A stretch of DNA of 64,000 bases from an uncultured Acidobacteriota bacterium (GCA_964412195.1 CAYPNP010000002.1:361308-425307); one strand, 5' to 3'; positions 27,923 to 39,283 are shown, counted from the first letter of the stretch. Made by a program: numbers and translations. Notes: a model not told the origin generated them from the sequence alone.

Positions 27923-28681
27923 ATGGAACCAACAAAAACAGGGGAAATTCCTCCAGCGACGAATGAAGATGCATCTCCGCCGAAAACGGAATCCCCCCTC
28001 CTCTCCGTCCTCATGCCCGTGTACAACGAGCGGGCGACGGTGGCGGAGATTCTCCGGCGGGTCCGGGCGGTGCCCCTGCCCCTGGAGGTCGTGGTGGTGG
28101 ACGACGGCTCCACCGACGGCACCCGCGAGATCCTGGCCGGCCTGGCCGCCGAAGATCCTGCCGTCCGGGTAATCTTTCACGAGCGCAACCAGGGGAAGGG
28201 CGCCGCCATCCGCACGGCCATCCGCCATGCCCGGGGGGAGATCTGCATCGTCCAGGACGCCGATCTGGAGTACGATCCCGGCGACTACCCGACCCTCATC
28301 GCCCCCATCCGCGAAGGCCGGACGCAGGTGGTATACGGCTCCCGGCCTCTCCACCCGGAGAACCACTATCCCCTTGACCGGTTCCGGCTCGGTTCTCTGG
28401 CGCTCACCCTGGCCGCCAACTTCCTGTACTTCTGCTGGATCACGGATGAACCGACCTGCTACAAGGTGTTCCAGACCGGGTTGCTTCAGTCGATCCCGCT
28501 CCGGTGCACCGGTTTCGAGTTCTGTCCCGAGATCACCGCCAAGGTCCGCAAGCGCGGCTGCCGGATCGTGGAAGTCCCCATTCGGTACCACAAGCGGAGC
28601 GTCGCCGAAGGAAAGAAGATCCGCTTCCGCGACGCCTGCATCGGTCTCTGGACACTGATCAAGTATCGGTTTACCGACTAG
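27923..28681 (+). CDS. family 2 glycosyltransferase, polyprenol-phosphate sugar (Dpm1/GtrB-like) synthase
   Basis: GT2 DXD region (VVVDDGSTDGT...QDADLEYDP) at the size of Dpm1-type enzymes. Confidence 0.8.
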   Translation: MEPTKTGEIPPATNEDASPPKTESPLLSVLMPVYNERATVAEILRRVRAVPLPLEVVVVDDGSTDGTREILAGLAAEDPAVRVIFHERNQGKGAAIRTAIRHARGEICIVQDADLEYDPGDYPTLIAPIREGRTQVVYGSRPLHPENHYPLDRFRLGSLALTLAANFLYFCWITDEPTCYKVFQTGLLQSIPLRCTGFEFCPEITAKVRKRGCRIVEVPIRYHKRSVAEGKKIRFRDACIGLWTLIKYRFTD

Positions 28682-28693
28682 CCGGCCCCGCCT

Positions 28694-29185
28694 TTATCGG
28701 AAGTAGACGTCCACGTAGTCGACCACGTCGTCGCAGGGGTTCTGCATCTCCTTCAACCGCCAGTATTTGCGCTTGCCGATGATCCGGAAAGTGAAGGTCC
28801 CCTCCCGCCGGCAGGGCTGTCCGCCGAAGATGTATCTGATTTGAGTGACGATCCGGCCCTGGAAGACGAACGCATCGGAGCGCACATCGAGGATGATCCC
28901 CTCCATCTCGATGAAATCGCCGCCTCCCTCCTGCCGCTGGCCGGCCCGGATGAACATCGTGCCGTCCCGCTCGGTCACCTCCGCCCGGCCGAATCGCTCC
29001 CAGCTGATCCACTGGAGCGAGAACTTATGCTCCCCGAGCAGCCGCTGCCGGGCCGCCTCGTCGCGGATCACCGTGCGGGGCGGCGCCGGCCCCGTCTCCC
29101 CCTGCCCGCACAGCGGGACCGCCAGTCCGGCCAAAATCACCAGAAGCGCTGTCAGACGAGAGAGCGACCGCGCCATCGATTTCAT
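28694..29185 (-). CDS. secreted hypothetical protein (signal peptide)
   Basis: N-terminal signal peptide LTALLVILAGLAVPLCGQG and good coding bias. Confidence 0.5.
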   Translation of the reverse strand: MKSMARSLSRLTALLVILAGLAVPLCGQGETGPAPPRTVIRDEAARQRLLGEHKFSLQWISWERFGRAEVTERDGTMFIRAGQRQEGGGDFIEMEGIILDVRSDAFVFQGRIVTQIRYIFGGQPCRREGTFTFRIIGKRKYWRLKEMQNPCDDVVDYVDVYFR

Positions 29186-29252
29186 CCGGAAACCTCCACG
29201 GACAAGATTTTGCTCAATTCTACCGGTCCTCCCGCCGGAATTCCATGAATGA

Positions 29253-29376
29253 ATGGGATGGTGCCAACGGGATGGTGCCAGGCTCCGTCACAATTCCGCA
29301 TGGAAAGGAACGGTGCCAGGCTCTGTCACAATCTGGATGACCGGAATGGGATGGTGCCAAGCTCTGTCACAATTTC
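29253..29376. repeat. array of three about 22-bp direct repeats (GGTGCCAGGCTCYGTCACAAT) with 16-20 bp spacers in the divergent promoter region upstream of glyQ
   Basis: Seen directly: repeats at 29274-29295, 29312-29332 and 29353-29374. An additional GGGATGGTGCC motif recurs three times. Confidence 0.7.
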
Positions 29377-29454
29377 TTCCCTCGCTGGTACGGCGTGAGC
29401 TATGGGAGGACTACGGCTCGCCAAATCCATACTCTTCATTCCGCGCTCCGCATT

Positions 29455-29493
29455 CCGCAGATCCGCAATTCGCAATTGTCAATCCGCAATTGA
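29455..29493. repeat. copy of the ATTGCGG-type dispersed repeat, in reverse orientation
   Basis: CCGCAGATCCGCAATTCGCAATTGTCAATCCGCAATTG is the reverse complement of the 7306 and 60652 motif. Confidence 0.6.
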
Positions 29494-29559
29494 GTGTTCC
29501 CTTCCAGATCCAATTTTGGTATAGTGTTTCACTTTGGATCCCTACGGGAGTAGCTCGCG

Positions 29560-30448
<889 letters not shown>

Positions 30449-30456
<8 letters not shown>

Positions 30457-32539
30457 GGAACTCCTCCTGGAAATCGGCTGCGAAGAAATCCCCGCCGGGA
30501 TGATCCCCGACGCGCTGTCCTGGCTGGCGTCCAACCTCACCCAGGTGCTGGACAAGAACCAGCTGGCCGCCGGCGAGCCGTGGACCGCGGCCACGCCGCG
30601 CCGGCTGACCGTCTGCCTGCCCGGCGTCCCCGAGTCCCAGCCGGACCGCGAGGAGGAGATCCTCGGCCCGGCCGCCGCCATCGGCGTCGACGCCTCGGGC
30701 GCCTTCACCAAAGCCGCCCTCGGCTTCGCCAGGAAGCAGGGCGCCGCCGCAGACCAGCTGCGCCTGGTCGAGACGCCCAAGGGCGCCTACGTGGGCTTCC
30801 GCAAGCAGATCGCCGGCCGTCCGGCCGCGGACGTGCTGGGGGAACTTCTGCCATCCCTGATCGCCGGCATTCCCTTCCCCAAGACCATGTACTGGCGCGC
30901 GGACAAGTTCCGCTTCGTCCGGCCCATCCGCAATATCCTGTGCCTGCTGGGCGGCGACGTCGTGCCGTTCGAGTTGGCCGGCATCGCCAGCTCCGACCGG
31001 ACTTTCGGACACCGTTTCCTGGGCGCGCCGAGCATCACCGTGGAATCCTGCGCCGCCTACCGCCAGGCCCTGTCTGACAACCGCGTCCTGGTGGACGCCG
31101 GCGAGAGGGAGCGGAAGATCGCCGCGGAGATGCAGGCGCTGGAGAATCAGACCAGCCTGCAGGTCATTCCCGACCCGGGCCTGGCGCGAGAGGTTATCTA
31201 CCTCAACGAGTATCCCTCCGTCATTCTTGGCGCGTTCGATGAGAAGTTCCTCGCCATCCCCCGGGAAGTCCTCATCACGGTCATGCGCAAGCACCAGAAG
31301 TACTTCGCCCTGACCGGGCCGGGCGGCCGGCTGGCGCCGCGGTTCCTGGCGGTCATCAACATGGACGAGGACCGGCAGGGCCTGATCCGGCAGGGGCACG
31401 AGCGCGTGCTCAAGGCGCGCCTGGTGGACGCCGAGTTCTTCTGGAACGGCGACCGCAAGCGCAGCCTGGCCGACCGCGTGCCGGCGCTGGGCCAGGTGCT
31501 GTTCCAGGAGTCCCTGGGCAGCTACCTGGAGAAGTCCAAGCGCCTCGCGAATCTTGCCGGTTTCCTGGCCGAAAAAGTACATTTCGACATCGCGTTCCTA
31601 AAAACCGTCCAAGAAGCCGCACGCCTCTGTAAAACCGACCTGACCACCGACATGGTCAAGGAGATCACCGAGCTGCAGGGCGTCATGGGCGGCTTGTACG
31701 CCCGGGAAGAGGGGCTGTCCGAGGCCGTCTGGAAGGCCATCTACGACCACTACCGGCCCGAGGGCATGGACGACCGGCTGCCCGAGACGCCGGGCGGCGC
31801 CGTGCTCGCCCTGGCCGACAAGCTCGACACCATCACCGGCATGCTGGCCCTGGGCTTCACCCCCACGGGCTCGAAGGACCCGTTCGGCCTGCGCCGGCTG
31901 GCCAACGGCGTGTACCGCATCCTGCTCGAGAAGGGGCTGGACCTCGACCTGGAGGCCGCCTTCCGCGAGGCCCACCGCTCGCTGGCGGGCAAGGTCGCCG
32001 TCCCCTGGGAAGAGCTGCGGCCCGCCATCGCCACTTTCCTGGAGACCCGGCTCCGCTTCTTCTACCAAACCGCCGGGTTCCGCTACGACGAAATCAACGC
32101 GGTCATCGACCGCTCGCTGTTCCGGCCGCTGGACGGCCGCCGGCGCCTCGACGCCCTGCAGGCCATCCGCCCGGTGGCGGCGTTCACCTCCATCTTCAAG
32201 GCCAAGAAGCGCATCCAGAACATCCTGGACAAGCAGGCCGGCGCCTCCCCGCAGTGGCACGGGCCGGACCAGCTGGTGGAGCCGGAGGAGAAGGCCCTCC
32301 ACCGGCAGCTTGCCGACCAGGGTCCCGCCATCGGCGAGGCCGTCGACCGCGGCGACTACCCCGAGGCGCTGAAGCGCATCGAATCCTTCGCGCAGCCCGT
32401 GGACGCCTTCTTCGACAAGGTCCTGGTGATGCACGAAGATCCGGTCCTCAGGTCGAACCGCCTGGGGCTGCTGCACGATATCGGAAATCTGTTTGACCGC
32501 TTCTGCGATTTTTCCAAGTTTGTCATCGAAGAACCGTGA
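30449..32539 (+). CDS. glyS: glycine--tRNA ligase beta subunit
   Basis: [13 protein letters not shown]-terminus and the GlyS family. GTG start overlaps the glyQ end. Confidence 0.9.
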
Positions 32540-32575
32540 AGTGGCCGAGATTCAATTCACAAATCGAGGGTCATC

Positions 32576-33895
32576 ATGATTGAAAAAGGTGTCAAGATCG
32601 CTTCTCCGGAAGGAAAACTCGGGATCCTGATTCCGGGTCTGGGCGCCGTCGCCACCACGTTCATCGCCGGAGTCCTCAGCGTCCGCCGCGGCTTGGGACG
32701 GCCGTTCGGGTCCATGACCCAGATGGGCACCATCCGGATCGGCAAGCGCACCGACAAGAAATCGCCGCTGGTCAAGGATTTCGTCCCGCTGGCCGGCCTC
32801 GACCAACTGGTCTTCGGCGGGTGGGACATCTTCACCGACACCGCCTACGAGTCCGCCGCCAACGCCGGCGTGCTGCAGCCGGAGGACCTCGCCCCGGTGC
32901 GCGAGGAGCTGCAGAAGATCCAGCCGATGAAGGCCGTCTTCGACCGCCGGTACGTCAAGAAGCTGGACGGCCCCAACGTGAAGAAGGCCGCCACCAAGTG
33001 GGACCTGGCCCAGATGCTGATGGACGACATCCGCCGCTTCAAGGAAGAGAACGGCTGCAGCCGCCTGGTCATGATCTGGTGCGGCTCCACGGAGATCTTC
33101 ATCGAGGAGTCGGCGGTCCACCAGAGCATCGAGGCGCTGGAGGAAGGTCTCAAGAAGAACGACCCAAACATCCCCTCCAGCATGATCTACGCGTACGCCG
33201 CGCTGAAGCTGGGCATCCCCTTCGCCAACGGCGCGCCCAACCTGACCGTGGACACCCCGGCCCTCGAGGAGCTGGCCAAGCAGAACAAGGTGCCTATCGC
33301 CGGCAAGGACTTCAAGACCGGCCAGACCCTCATGAAGACCATCCTGGCGCCGGGCCTGAAGGCCCGCCTCATCGGCATCTCCGGCTGGTTCTCCGCCAAC
33401 ATCCTGGGCAACCGGGACGGCGAGGTGCTGGACGACCCGGACTCCTTCAAGACCAAGGAAACCAGCAAGCTGTCCGTGCTGGAACAGATCCTGCAGCCGG
33501 ACCTCTACCCCGAGCTGTACAAGGACCTCTACCATAAAGTGCGGATCCACTACTACCCGCCCCGCGGCGACAACAAGGAAGGGTGGGACAACATCGACAT
33601 TTTCGGCTGGATGGGCTATCCCATGCAGATCAAGATCGATTTCCTCTGCCGCGACAGCATCCTGGCCGCGCCCATCGTCCTGGACCTGGTCCTGCTCATG
33701 GATCTGGCCCAGCGCTGCGGCCTCTACGGCATCCAGGAGTGGCTGTCGTTCTTCTTCAAGAGCCCGCACCACCTGCGCGGCCTCTACCCCGAGCACGATC
33801 TCTTCATCCAGCAGATGAAGCTGAAGAATACTCTCCGGTATCTCAAGGGCGAGGAGCAGATCACCCACCTCGGGCTCGAGTACTACTACGACTAA
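32576..33895 (+). CDS. inositol-3-phosphate synthase (myo-inositol-1-phosphate synthase family)
   Basis: MIPS family blocks, an NAD-binding N-terminus, and the conserved SxxxNxLGNRDG region. Confidence 0.85.
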   Translation: MIEKGVKIASPEGKLGILIPGLGAVATTFIAGVLSVRRGLGRPFGSMTQMGTIRIGKRTDKKSPLVKDFVPLAGLDQLVFGGWDIFTDTAYESAANAGVLQPEDLAPVREELQKIQPMKAVFDRRYVKKLDGPNVKKAATKWDLAQMLMDDIRRFKEENGCSRLVMIWCGSTEIFIEESAVHQSIEALEEGLKKNDPNIPSSMIYAYAALKLGIPFANGAPNLTVDTPALEELAKQNKVPIAGKDFKTGQTLMKTILAPGLKARLIGISGWFSANILGNRDGEVLDDPDSFKTKETSKLSVLEQILQPDLYPELYKDLYHKVRIHYYPPRGDNKEGWDNIDIFGWMGYPMQIKIDFLCRDSILAAPIVLDLVLLMDLAQRCGLYGIQEWLSFFFKSPHHLRGLYPEHDLFIQQMKLKNTLRYLKGEEQITHLGLEYYYD

Positions 33896-33924
33896 CGCCA
33901 GTTCCCCAGGAGGTTACAACAACA

Positions 33925-36621
33925 ATGGCGACCAAAAATGCAACGAAAAAGTATGTCTATTTCTTTGGCAAGGGCAAGGCCGAAGGCCATGGCAAAATGA
34001 AGGACGTCCTCGGCGGGAAAGGCGCCGGCCTGGCTGAGATGACCAACGCCGGCCTGCCCGTGCCGCCGGGCTTCACCATCTCCACCGCCGCCTGCACCCT
34101 GTACTACCAGAACAAGAAGAAGCTCTCCAAGGAAATCCTGCAGCAGATCGACGCCGCGCTGGCCCGGCTGGAGGAGGTCCAGGGCAAGAAGCTGGGCTCC
34201 ACCAAGGTCCCGCTGCTGGTATCGGTGCGCTCCGGCGCGAAATTCTCGATGCCGGGCATGATGGACACCGTCCTCAACCTGGGCCTCAACGACCAGACCG
34301 TGTTGGTCGGGGCCAGGATCACCGGGAATCCCCGCTTCGCCTGGGACTGCTACCGCCGATTCATCCAGATGTTCTCCGACGTGGCGCTGGGCGTGCCCAA
34401 GCACGAATTCGAGCACATCCTCGACGCGCTCAAGACCGAGAAGAAGGTCAAGCTGGACACTCAGCTCGACGCCGCCGACCTGCAGGAGCTGGTTAAGCGC
34501 TACAAGGCCTACGTCCGCAAGAAGACGAAGCTGGACTTCCCCCAGGACGCCAGGAAACAGCTCATGATGGCGGTCAACGCCGTGTTCGAGTCCTGGAACA
34601 ACGCCCGGGCCATCAAGTACCGCGAGATGAACGACATCCCGCATGACCTCGGCACGGCCGTGAACGTCCAGGCCATGGTGTTCGGCAACACCGGCGAGAA
34701 ATCCGGTTCCGGCGTGGGCTTCACCCGCAATCCGTCCACCGGCGCCAAGGAGTTCTATGGCGAGTACCTGCCCAACGCCCAGGGCGAGGATGTGGTCGCC
34801 GGCATCCGGACTCCCCTCAAGCTCACCGAGCTGAAGAAAAACATGCCGAAGATCTACGACCAGCTCAAGGCCATCACCGACCGGCTGGAGAAGCACTACA
34901 AGGACATGCAGGACTTCGAGTTCACCATCGAGGAAGGCAAGCTATACATGCTGCAGACCCGGAACGGCAAGCGCACCGGCGCCGCCGCCGTGAAAGTCGC
35001 CATCGACATGGTGAAGGAGAAGCTGATCACCCCGATGGAAGCCGTCCTGCGCGTGGAGCCGCAGCAGCTCGACCAGCTCCTGCACCCGATCTTCGACGCC
35101 AAGAACACCTTCAAGGTCATTGCCAAGGGCCTGCCCGCCTCGCCGGGCGCGGCCGTGGGGCGGATTGCCTTCACCTCCGAGGAGGCGGTGAAGGTCGCGG
35201 AGAAGAAGGAAAAAGTCATCCTGGTCCGGCTCGAGACCTGCCCCGATGACATCCACGGCATGGAAGTCTCCCAGGGCATCCTGACCGCCCGCGGCGGCAT
35301 GACCTCCCACGCGGCCGTGGTGGCCCGCGGCATGGGCGTGCCGTGCGTCGCCGGCTCCGCCGACATCCTCATCGACGAGAAGAAGCGCACCGTCACCTTC
35401 CCCGGCGGCAAGGTCCTCAAGGGTGGCGATTTCATCTCGCTGGACGGCAGCCGGGGAGAGGTCTACGAGGGCGAGCTGAAGACGATGCGGCCCGACCTGC
35501 ATTCCGGCGATTTCGGCCGGTTCATGGCGCTGGCCGACAAGATCCGAAAGCTCAAGGTTCGCACCAACGCCGACATCCCGCGTGACGCCAAGGTGGCCCG
35601 CGACTTCGGCGCCGAGGGCATTGGCCTCTGCCGCACCGAGCACATGTTCTTCGCCCCCGACCGCCTGCCCCACATGCAGGCGATGATCCTGGCCGACGAC
35701 ACGGCCGCCCGCGAGAAGGCCCTGCTGAAGCTGCTGCCCATGCAGCGCGAGGACTTCCTGGGCATCTTCCAGGCGATGGACGGCTACCCGGTGACCATCC
35801 GGACGCTGGATCCGCCGCTCCACGAGTTCCTGCCCAAGCGGGAGGAGCTGATGGTGGAGATCGCCGTGATGAAGGAGCGGGGCAAACCGGCCGGGCAGAT
35901 CGCGAAGAAGGAAAAGCTGCTTGCCCGCGTCCAGGCGCTGCACGAGCTCAATCCGATGATGGGACTGCGCGGCTGCCGCCTGGGCATCGTGTTCCCCGAG
36001 GTGACCCGCATGCAGGCGCGGGCCATCCTGGAGGCCGCCTGCCTGGCCAAGAAGAAGAAGATCCAGGTCCTTCCCGAGATCATGATCCCGCTGGTCGGCA
36101 AAGTGGCCGAGCTGAAGGCCCAGCGCGACATCGTCATGGATGTGGCCGAACAGGTGTTCAAGGAGCAGAAGACCCGGGTCGAGTTCCTGGTGGGCACCAT
36201 GATCGAGATCCCCCGGGCCGCCGTGACCGCCGACGAGATCGCCGGCGTGGCGGAGTTCTTCTCATTCGGCACCAACGACCTGACCCAGATGACCTTCGGC
36301 TACTCCCGCGACGACGCCGGCGTGTACATCCGGGAATACATCAAGCAGGGCATCCTGGAGAAGGACCCCTTTCAGATCCTGGACCGCGACGGCGTGGGCC
36401 AGCTGGTGAAGATGGCCGTGGAGCACGGGCGCAAGGCCCGGCCCGGCATCAAGCTGGGGATCTGCGGCGAGCACGGCGGCGAGCCCTCCTCCGTGGAGTA
36501 CTGCCACCTGGTCGGCTTGAACTACGTGAGCTGCTCCCCCTACCGGGTGCCCATCGCCCGGCTGGCGGCCGCCCAGGCGGTGGCCGTCACCCAGGTCGAA
36601 AAGGGCACGCAGCAGAAGTAA
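33925..36621 (+). CDS. ppdK: pyruvate, phosphate dikinase
   Basis: PPDK N-terminus (YVYFFGKGKAEG...GGKGAGLAEM), the catalytic His region (GGMTSHAAVVARGMG), and a PEP-utilizing C-terminal Cys (GICGE). Confidence 0.9.
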   Translation: MATKNATKKYVYFFGKGKAEGHGKMKDVLGGKGAGLAEMTNAGLPVPPGFTISTAACTLYYQNKKKLSKEILQQIDAALARLEEVQGKKLGSTKVPLLVSVRSGAKFSMPGMMDTVLNLGLNDQTVLVGARITGNPRFAWDCYRRFIQMFSDVALGVPKHEFEHILDALKTEKKVKLDTQLDAADLQELVKRYKAYVRKKTKLDFPQDARKQLMMAVNAVFESWNNARAIKYREMNDIPHDLGTAVNVQAMVFGNTGEKSGSGVGFTRNPSTGAKEFYGEYLPNAQGEDVVAGIRTPLKLTELKKNMPKIYDQLKAITDRLEKHYKDMQDFEFTIEEGKLYMLQTRNGKRTGAAAVKVAIDMVKEKLITPMEAVLRVEPQQLDQLLHPIFDAKNTFKVIAKGLPASPGAAVGRIAFTSEEAVKVAEKKEKVILVRLETCPDDIHGMEVSQGILTARGGMTSHAAVVARGMGVPCVAGSADILIDEKKRTVTFPGGKVLKGGDFISLDGSRGEVYEGELKTMRPDLHSGDFGRFMALADKIRKLKVRTNADIPRDAKVARDFGAEGIGLCRTEHMFFAPDRLPHMQAMILADDTAAREKALLKLLPMQREDFLGIFQAMDGYPVTIRTLDPPLHEFLPKREELMVEIAVMKERGKPAGQIAKKEKLLARVQALHELNPMMGLRGCRLGIVFPEVTRMQARAILEAACLAKKKKIQVLPEIMIPLVGKVAELKAQRDIVMDVAEQVFKEQKTRVEFLVGTMIEIPRAAVTADEIAGVAEFFSFGTNDLTQMTFGYSRDDAGVYIREYIKQGILEKDPFQILDRDGVGQLVKMAVEHGRKARPGIKLGICGEHGGEPSSVEYCHLVGLNYVSCSPYRVPIARLAAAQAVAVTQVEKGTQQK

Positions 36622-36681
36622 CTCACCGCGGGAGCCGGGCGCGGCCCGGCTCCCGCGTATTTTCCCTGCGGATCAAGACCG

Positions 36682-36960
36682 ATGGCACCTGACTCCTCCA
36701 GCCCCGCTCCCCGAAAGCTCACGCTGAAGTTCTTCGCCGGCGCCCGCGACGCGGTCGGGCAGCCGTGGCTCGCGGCAGAGATTGGCCCCGATGTGCGGAC
36801 GGTCCGGGACCTCGTCGCCTGGCTGTGCCGACGCCATCCCGCCCTCGCCCATCTGCAGAGCCGCCTGCTGGCCGCCCGCAACCTCAAGTACACCTCCCCC
36901 GACACGACGGTGGAGGACGGCGACGAGATCGCCTTCTTCCCGCCCGTCAGCGGCGGGTGA
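36682..36960 (+). CDS. moaD: MoaD/ThiS-family sulfur-carrier protein (molybdopterin synthase small subunit)
   Basis: Ends in GG, has ubiquitin-like beta-grasp length, and is followed by moaE. Confidence 0.7.
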   Translation: MAPDSSSPAPRKLTLKFFAGARDAVGQPWLAAEIGPDVRTVRDLVAWLCRRHPALAHLQSRLLAARNLKYTSPDTTVEDGDEIAFFPPVSGG

Positions 36961-36979
36961 TCCTCCGGCCGAGGTGGCG

Positions 36980-37471
36980 ATGAAATCCCGGGACCCCATC
37001 CCGCCAGTCCCTCCTCCCGGCCCGGCCGGCGAGGGCGGACCCGGCCTGTTCGTGGCCCTCACGCGCGAATCCATCGCCGCCGATCACCTGGCCGCCTCCC
37101 TGATCGCGCCCGATTGCGGGGCGGTGGTGACCTTCACGGGGACGGTCCGGGACCACCATCAGGGCCGCCGGGTGACCGGACTGACCTACGACGCCTACGA
37201 GGCCATGGCCCTCCCGCTTCTGCAGGAGATCGCCGCCGCGGCCCGGGATCGGCATGCCCTGTCCCGGGTGGTGGTGGTGCACCGGCTGGGTGATATGGCC
37301 ATCGGGGAAGCCAGCGTTTTCATCGGCGCCGCCTCGCCGCACCGGGAGGAAGCTTTCGCCGCCTGCCGGTACCTGATCGACACAATCAAGGCCCAGGTCC
37401 CCATCTGGAAGAAGGAGTATTACGACGATGGCTCCGCATGGATCGAAGGAGACGCCCCGGCCGGCCTTTAA
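36980..37471 (+). CDS. moaE: molybdopterin synthase catalytic subunit MoaE
   Basis: MoaE family blocks (GAVVTFTGTVRD...VVVHRLGD...PIWKKE). Confidence 0.75.
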   Translation: MKSRDPIPPVPPPGPAGEGGPGLFVALTRESIAADHLAASLIAPDCGAVVTFTGTVRDHHQGRRVTGLTYDAYEAMALPLLQEIAAAARDRHALSRVVVVHRLGDMAIGEASVFIGAASPHREEAFAACRYLIDTIKAQVPIWKKEYYDDGSAWIEGDAPAGL

Positions 37472-37952
37472 GACCGCCGTGCTGACGGTCAGCGACAGCG
37501 CCAGCCGGGGCGAGCGGGCAGACCTCTCCGGCCCGCGCTGCCGGGAGCTCCTGGCCGGAATGGGCTTCGACTGCGTGGCCCACCGGGTGGTCCCCGACGA
37601 CGTCCCGGCCATCGCGGCCCAACTCCGGGAATGGTGCGACGGCGGCCGCGTCCAGCTCGTGGTCACCGCCGGCGGCACCGGCCTCAGCCCCCGGGACGTG
37701 ACGCCGGAAGCCACCCGCCAGGTCATCGAGCGGGAGGCGCCCGGCTTCGGCGAGTTGCTGCGGATGGAAGGCTTCCGGAAGAACCCGCGGGCCGTGCTCA
37801 GCCGCGGCACGGCCGGCCTCCGCAACCGCACGCTCATCATCAACTTGCCGGGCAGCGTCCGGGGCGTCGAGGACGGCCTGCAGACGCTGGCCCCGATCCT
37901 GGCCCACGCCCTGGAAATTGCCGGGGGCGAGGCCGGCCGCTGCGGCTCCTGA
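37428..37952 (+). CDS. mogA: molybdenum cofactor biosynthesis protein MogA/MoaB (molybdopterin adenylyltransferase)
   Basis: MogA/MoaB fold motifs (TVSDSAS, GGTG). Confidence 0.75.
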   Translation: MAPHGSKETPRPAFKTAVLTVSDSASRGERADLSGPRCRELLAGMGFDCVAHRVVPDDVPAIAAQLREWCDGGRVQLVVTAGGTGLSPRDVTPEATRQVIEREAPGFGELLRMEGFRKNPRAVLSRGTAGLRNRTLIINLPGSVRGVEDGLQTLAPILAHALEIAGGEAGRCGS

Positions 37953-37997
37953 TCGCCGCCGGCGGATTGCCAACAACTTATTCTTCGGCGAGGCACC

Positions 37998-38669
37998 ATG
38001 GCGACCCATCTCATCCAGATCGATCCCGGAAACCCGGACCGTTCCACCCTGCGCGCCGTCGCCCGCCGGATCGTGCGGGGGGAAATCTGCGTCCTGCCCA
38101 CCGACACGATCTACGGTTTCCACTGCCGGGCGGACAACACCGAGCTCCTCTCCCAGCTCCACCAGCTGAAGGGGCGGCAGGAGCAGAAGCCGTTCCTCCT
38201 GCTGATCCAGGGCGTGGAGTACCTTGTCCACCGGGAGATCGACCTGCCGCCGGCCGCCCGCGGATTGATGGAGCGGTTCTGGCCGGGGCCGCTGACCCTG
38301 GTCCTGACCTCCCGGGAGCGGTGGCCGGAAGACCTCTCCGAGGATGGCTTCTCCATCGCCGTCAGGCAGCCGGGCTATCCCATCCTCAACCGGATCATCG
38401 ATTACGCCGGGGTGCCGCTGGCCTCCACCAGCGCCAACCTCGCCGGCCGGGAGCCCCTGCAGACCGTGGAGGAGATCGTCTCCGCCTTCGGCGACCGGGT
38501 GGACTGCGTCCTGGACGCCGGCCTCCTGCCGGCGGCGAAGCCCTCCACCATCGTCTCCTTCCGGACGTCGCCGCCGTCCATCCTGCGGGAAGGCTCCATC
38601 CCCGCCGGATTCATCCAGCCGTTCCTGAACGCACCGCCGGGCCGGCCATTCCCCGACGGCGCGGAGTGA
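37998..38669 (+). CDS. tsaC: L-threonylcarbamoyladenylate synthase (TsaC/YrdC/Sua5 family)
   Basis: YrdC domain (VLPTDTIYG...STSANLAG). Confidence 0.8.
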   Translation: MATHLIQIDPGNPDRSTLRAVARRIVRGEICVLPTDTIYGFHCRADNTELLSQLHQLKGRQEQKPFLLLIQGVEYLVHREIDLPPAARGLMERFWPGPLTLVLTSRERWPEDLSEDGFSIAVRQPGYPILNRIIDYAGVPLASTSANLAGREPLQTVEEIVSAFGDRVDCVLDAGLLPAAKPSTIVSFRTSPPSILREGSIPAGFIQPFLNAPPGRPFPDGAE

Positions 38670-38690
38670 ATCCCCGAGGAGAGCGTCGCC

Positions 38691-39185
38691 ATGACGGATC
38701 CCCCGCCCGGCGAGACCTACCTGGAGCACGGCTGGAAGCTGCTCCGGGCGTTCTACGACTGGGAGGTGCGCCGCGGCCGGACGGCGCTGGAAGCGGGAAC
38801 GCGCTGCAAGACGCTGGCCTACATTCATGAGCAGTTTCTGGCACGATTCTTTTCCTCCCCGGACGCCCCGCCGGTTTCCCTCGACCGGCTGACCGCGGAG
38901 GTCCTCGACGCGTACCTCGGCGGGTGGTACCTGGCCGAGTCGGGCCTGGCCGGACTGGACGACCTCGAGCGCCAGCTGACCGCCCTCCGGGATCTGGTCG
39001 AGTACCTCGGCGGGGAGTCGCGATACCAGGGCTCCGGCGCGGACTGGCAGGCACTGGAGCACCACCTGGACGACCCCGAGCGGTTCCGCCGCCACCTGCG
39101 GCAATGGGAGGAATTCCGGCGGGAGATCGCCGGCACCCCCGACTGGATCGAACGCCAGGAGCGTTGGTTGTCAGGGGAATGGTAA
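38691..39185 (+). CDS. hypothetical protein
   Basis: Coding bias only; no recognisable family. Confidence 0.45.
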   Translation: MTDPPPGETYLEHGWKLLRAFYDWEVRRGRTALEAGTRCKTLAYIHEQFLARFFSSPDAPPVSLDRLTAEVLDAYLGGWYLAESGLAGLDDLERQLTALRDLVEYLGGESRYQGSGADWQALEHHLDDPERFRRHLRQWEEFRREIAGTPDWIERQERWLSGEW

Positions 39186-39283
39186 GCACCCGGGGCCGCG
39201 GAACATCCGGCGAGTTTCCACTTTTACTTTTTCCGGCCTTTCATTACAATACGGATTCGCGGAATCCCCTCCCGAGGTAGACC

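Noticed and set aside
29253-29376. Possible CRISPR array (three direct repeats with spacers)
   Set aside because: Repeats are only about 22 bp and spacers 16-20 bp, both below typical CRISPR sizes. There are only three units, the repeats are imperfect, and no cas genes are nearby. More likely regulatory iterons or a decayed tandem repeat.
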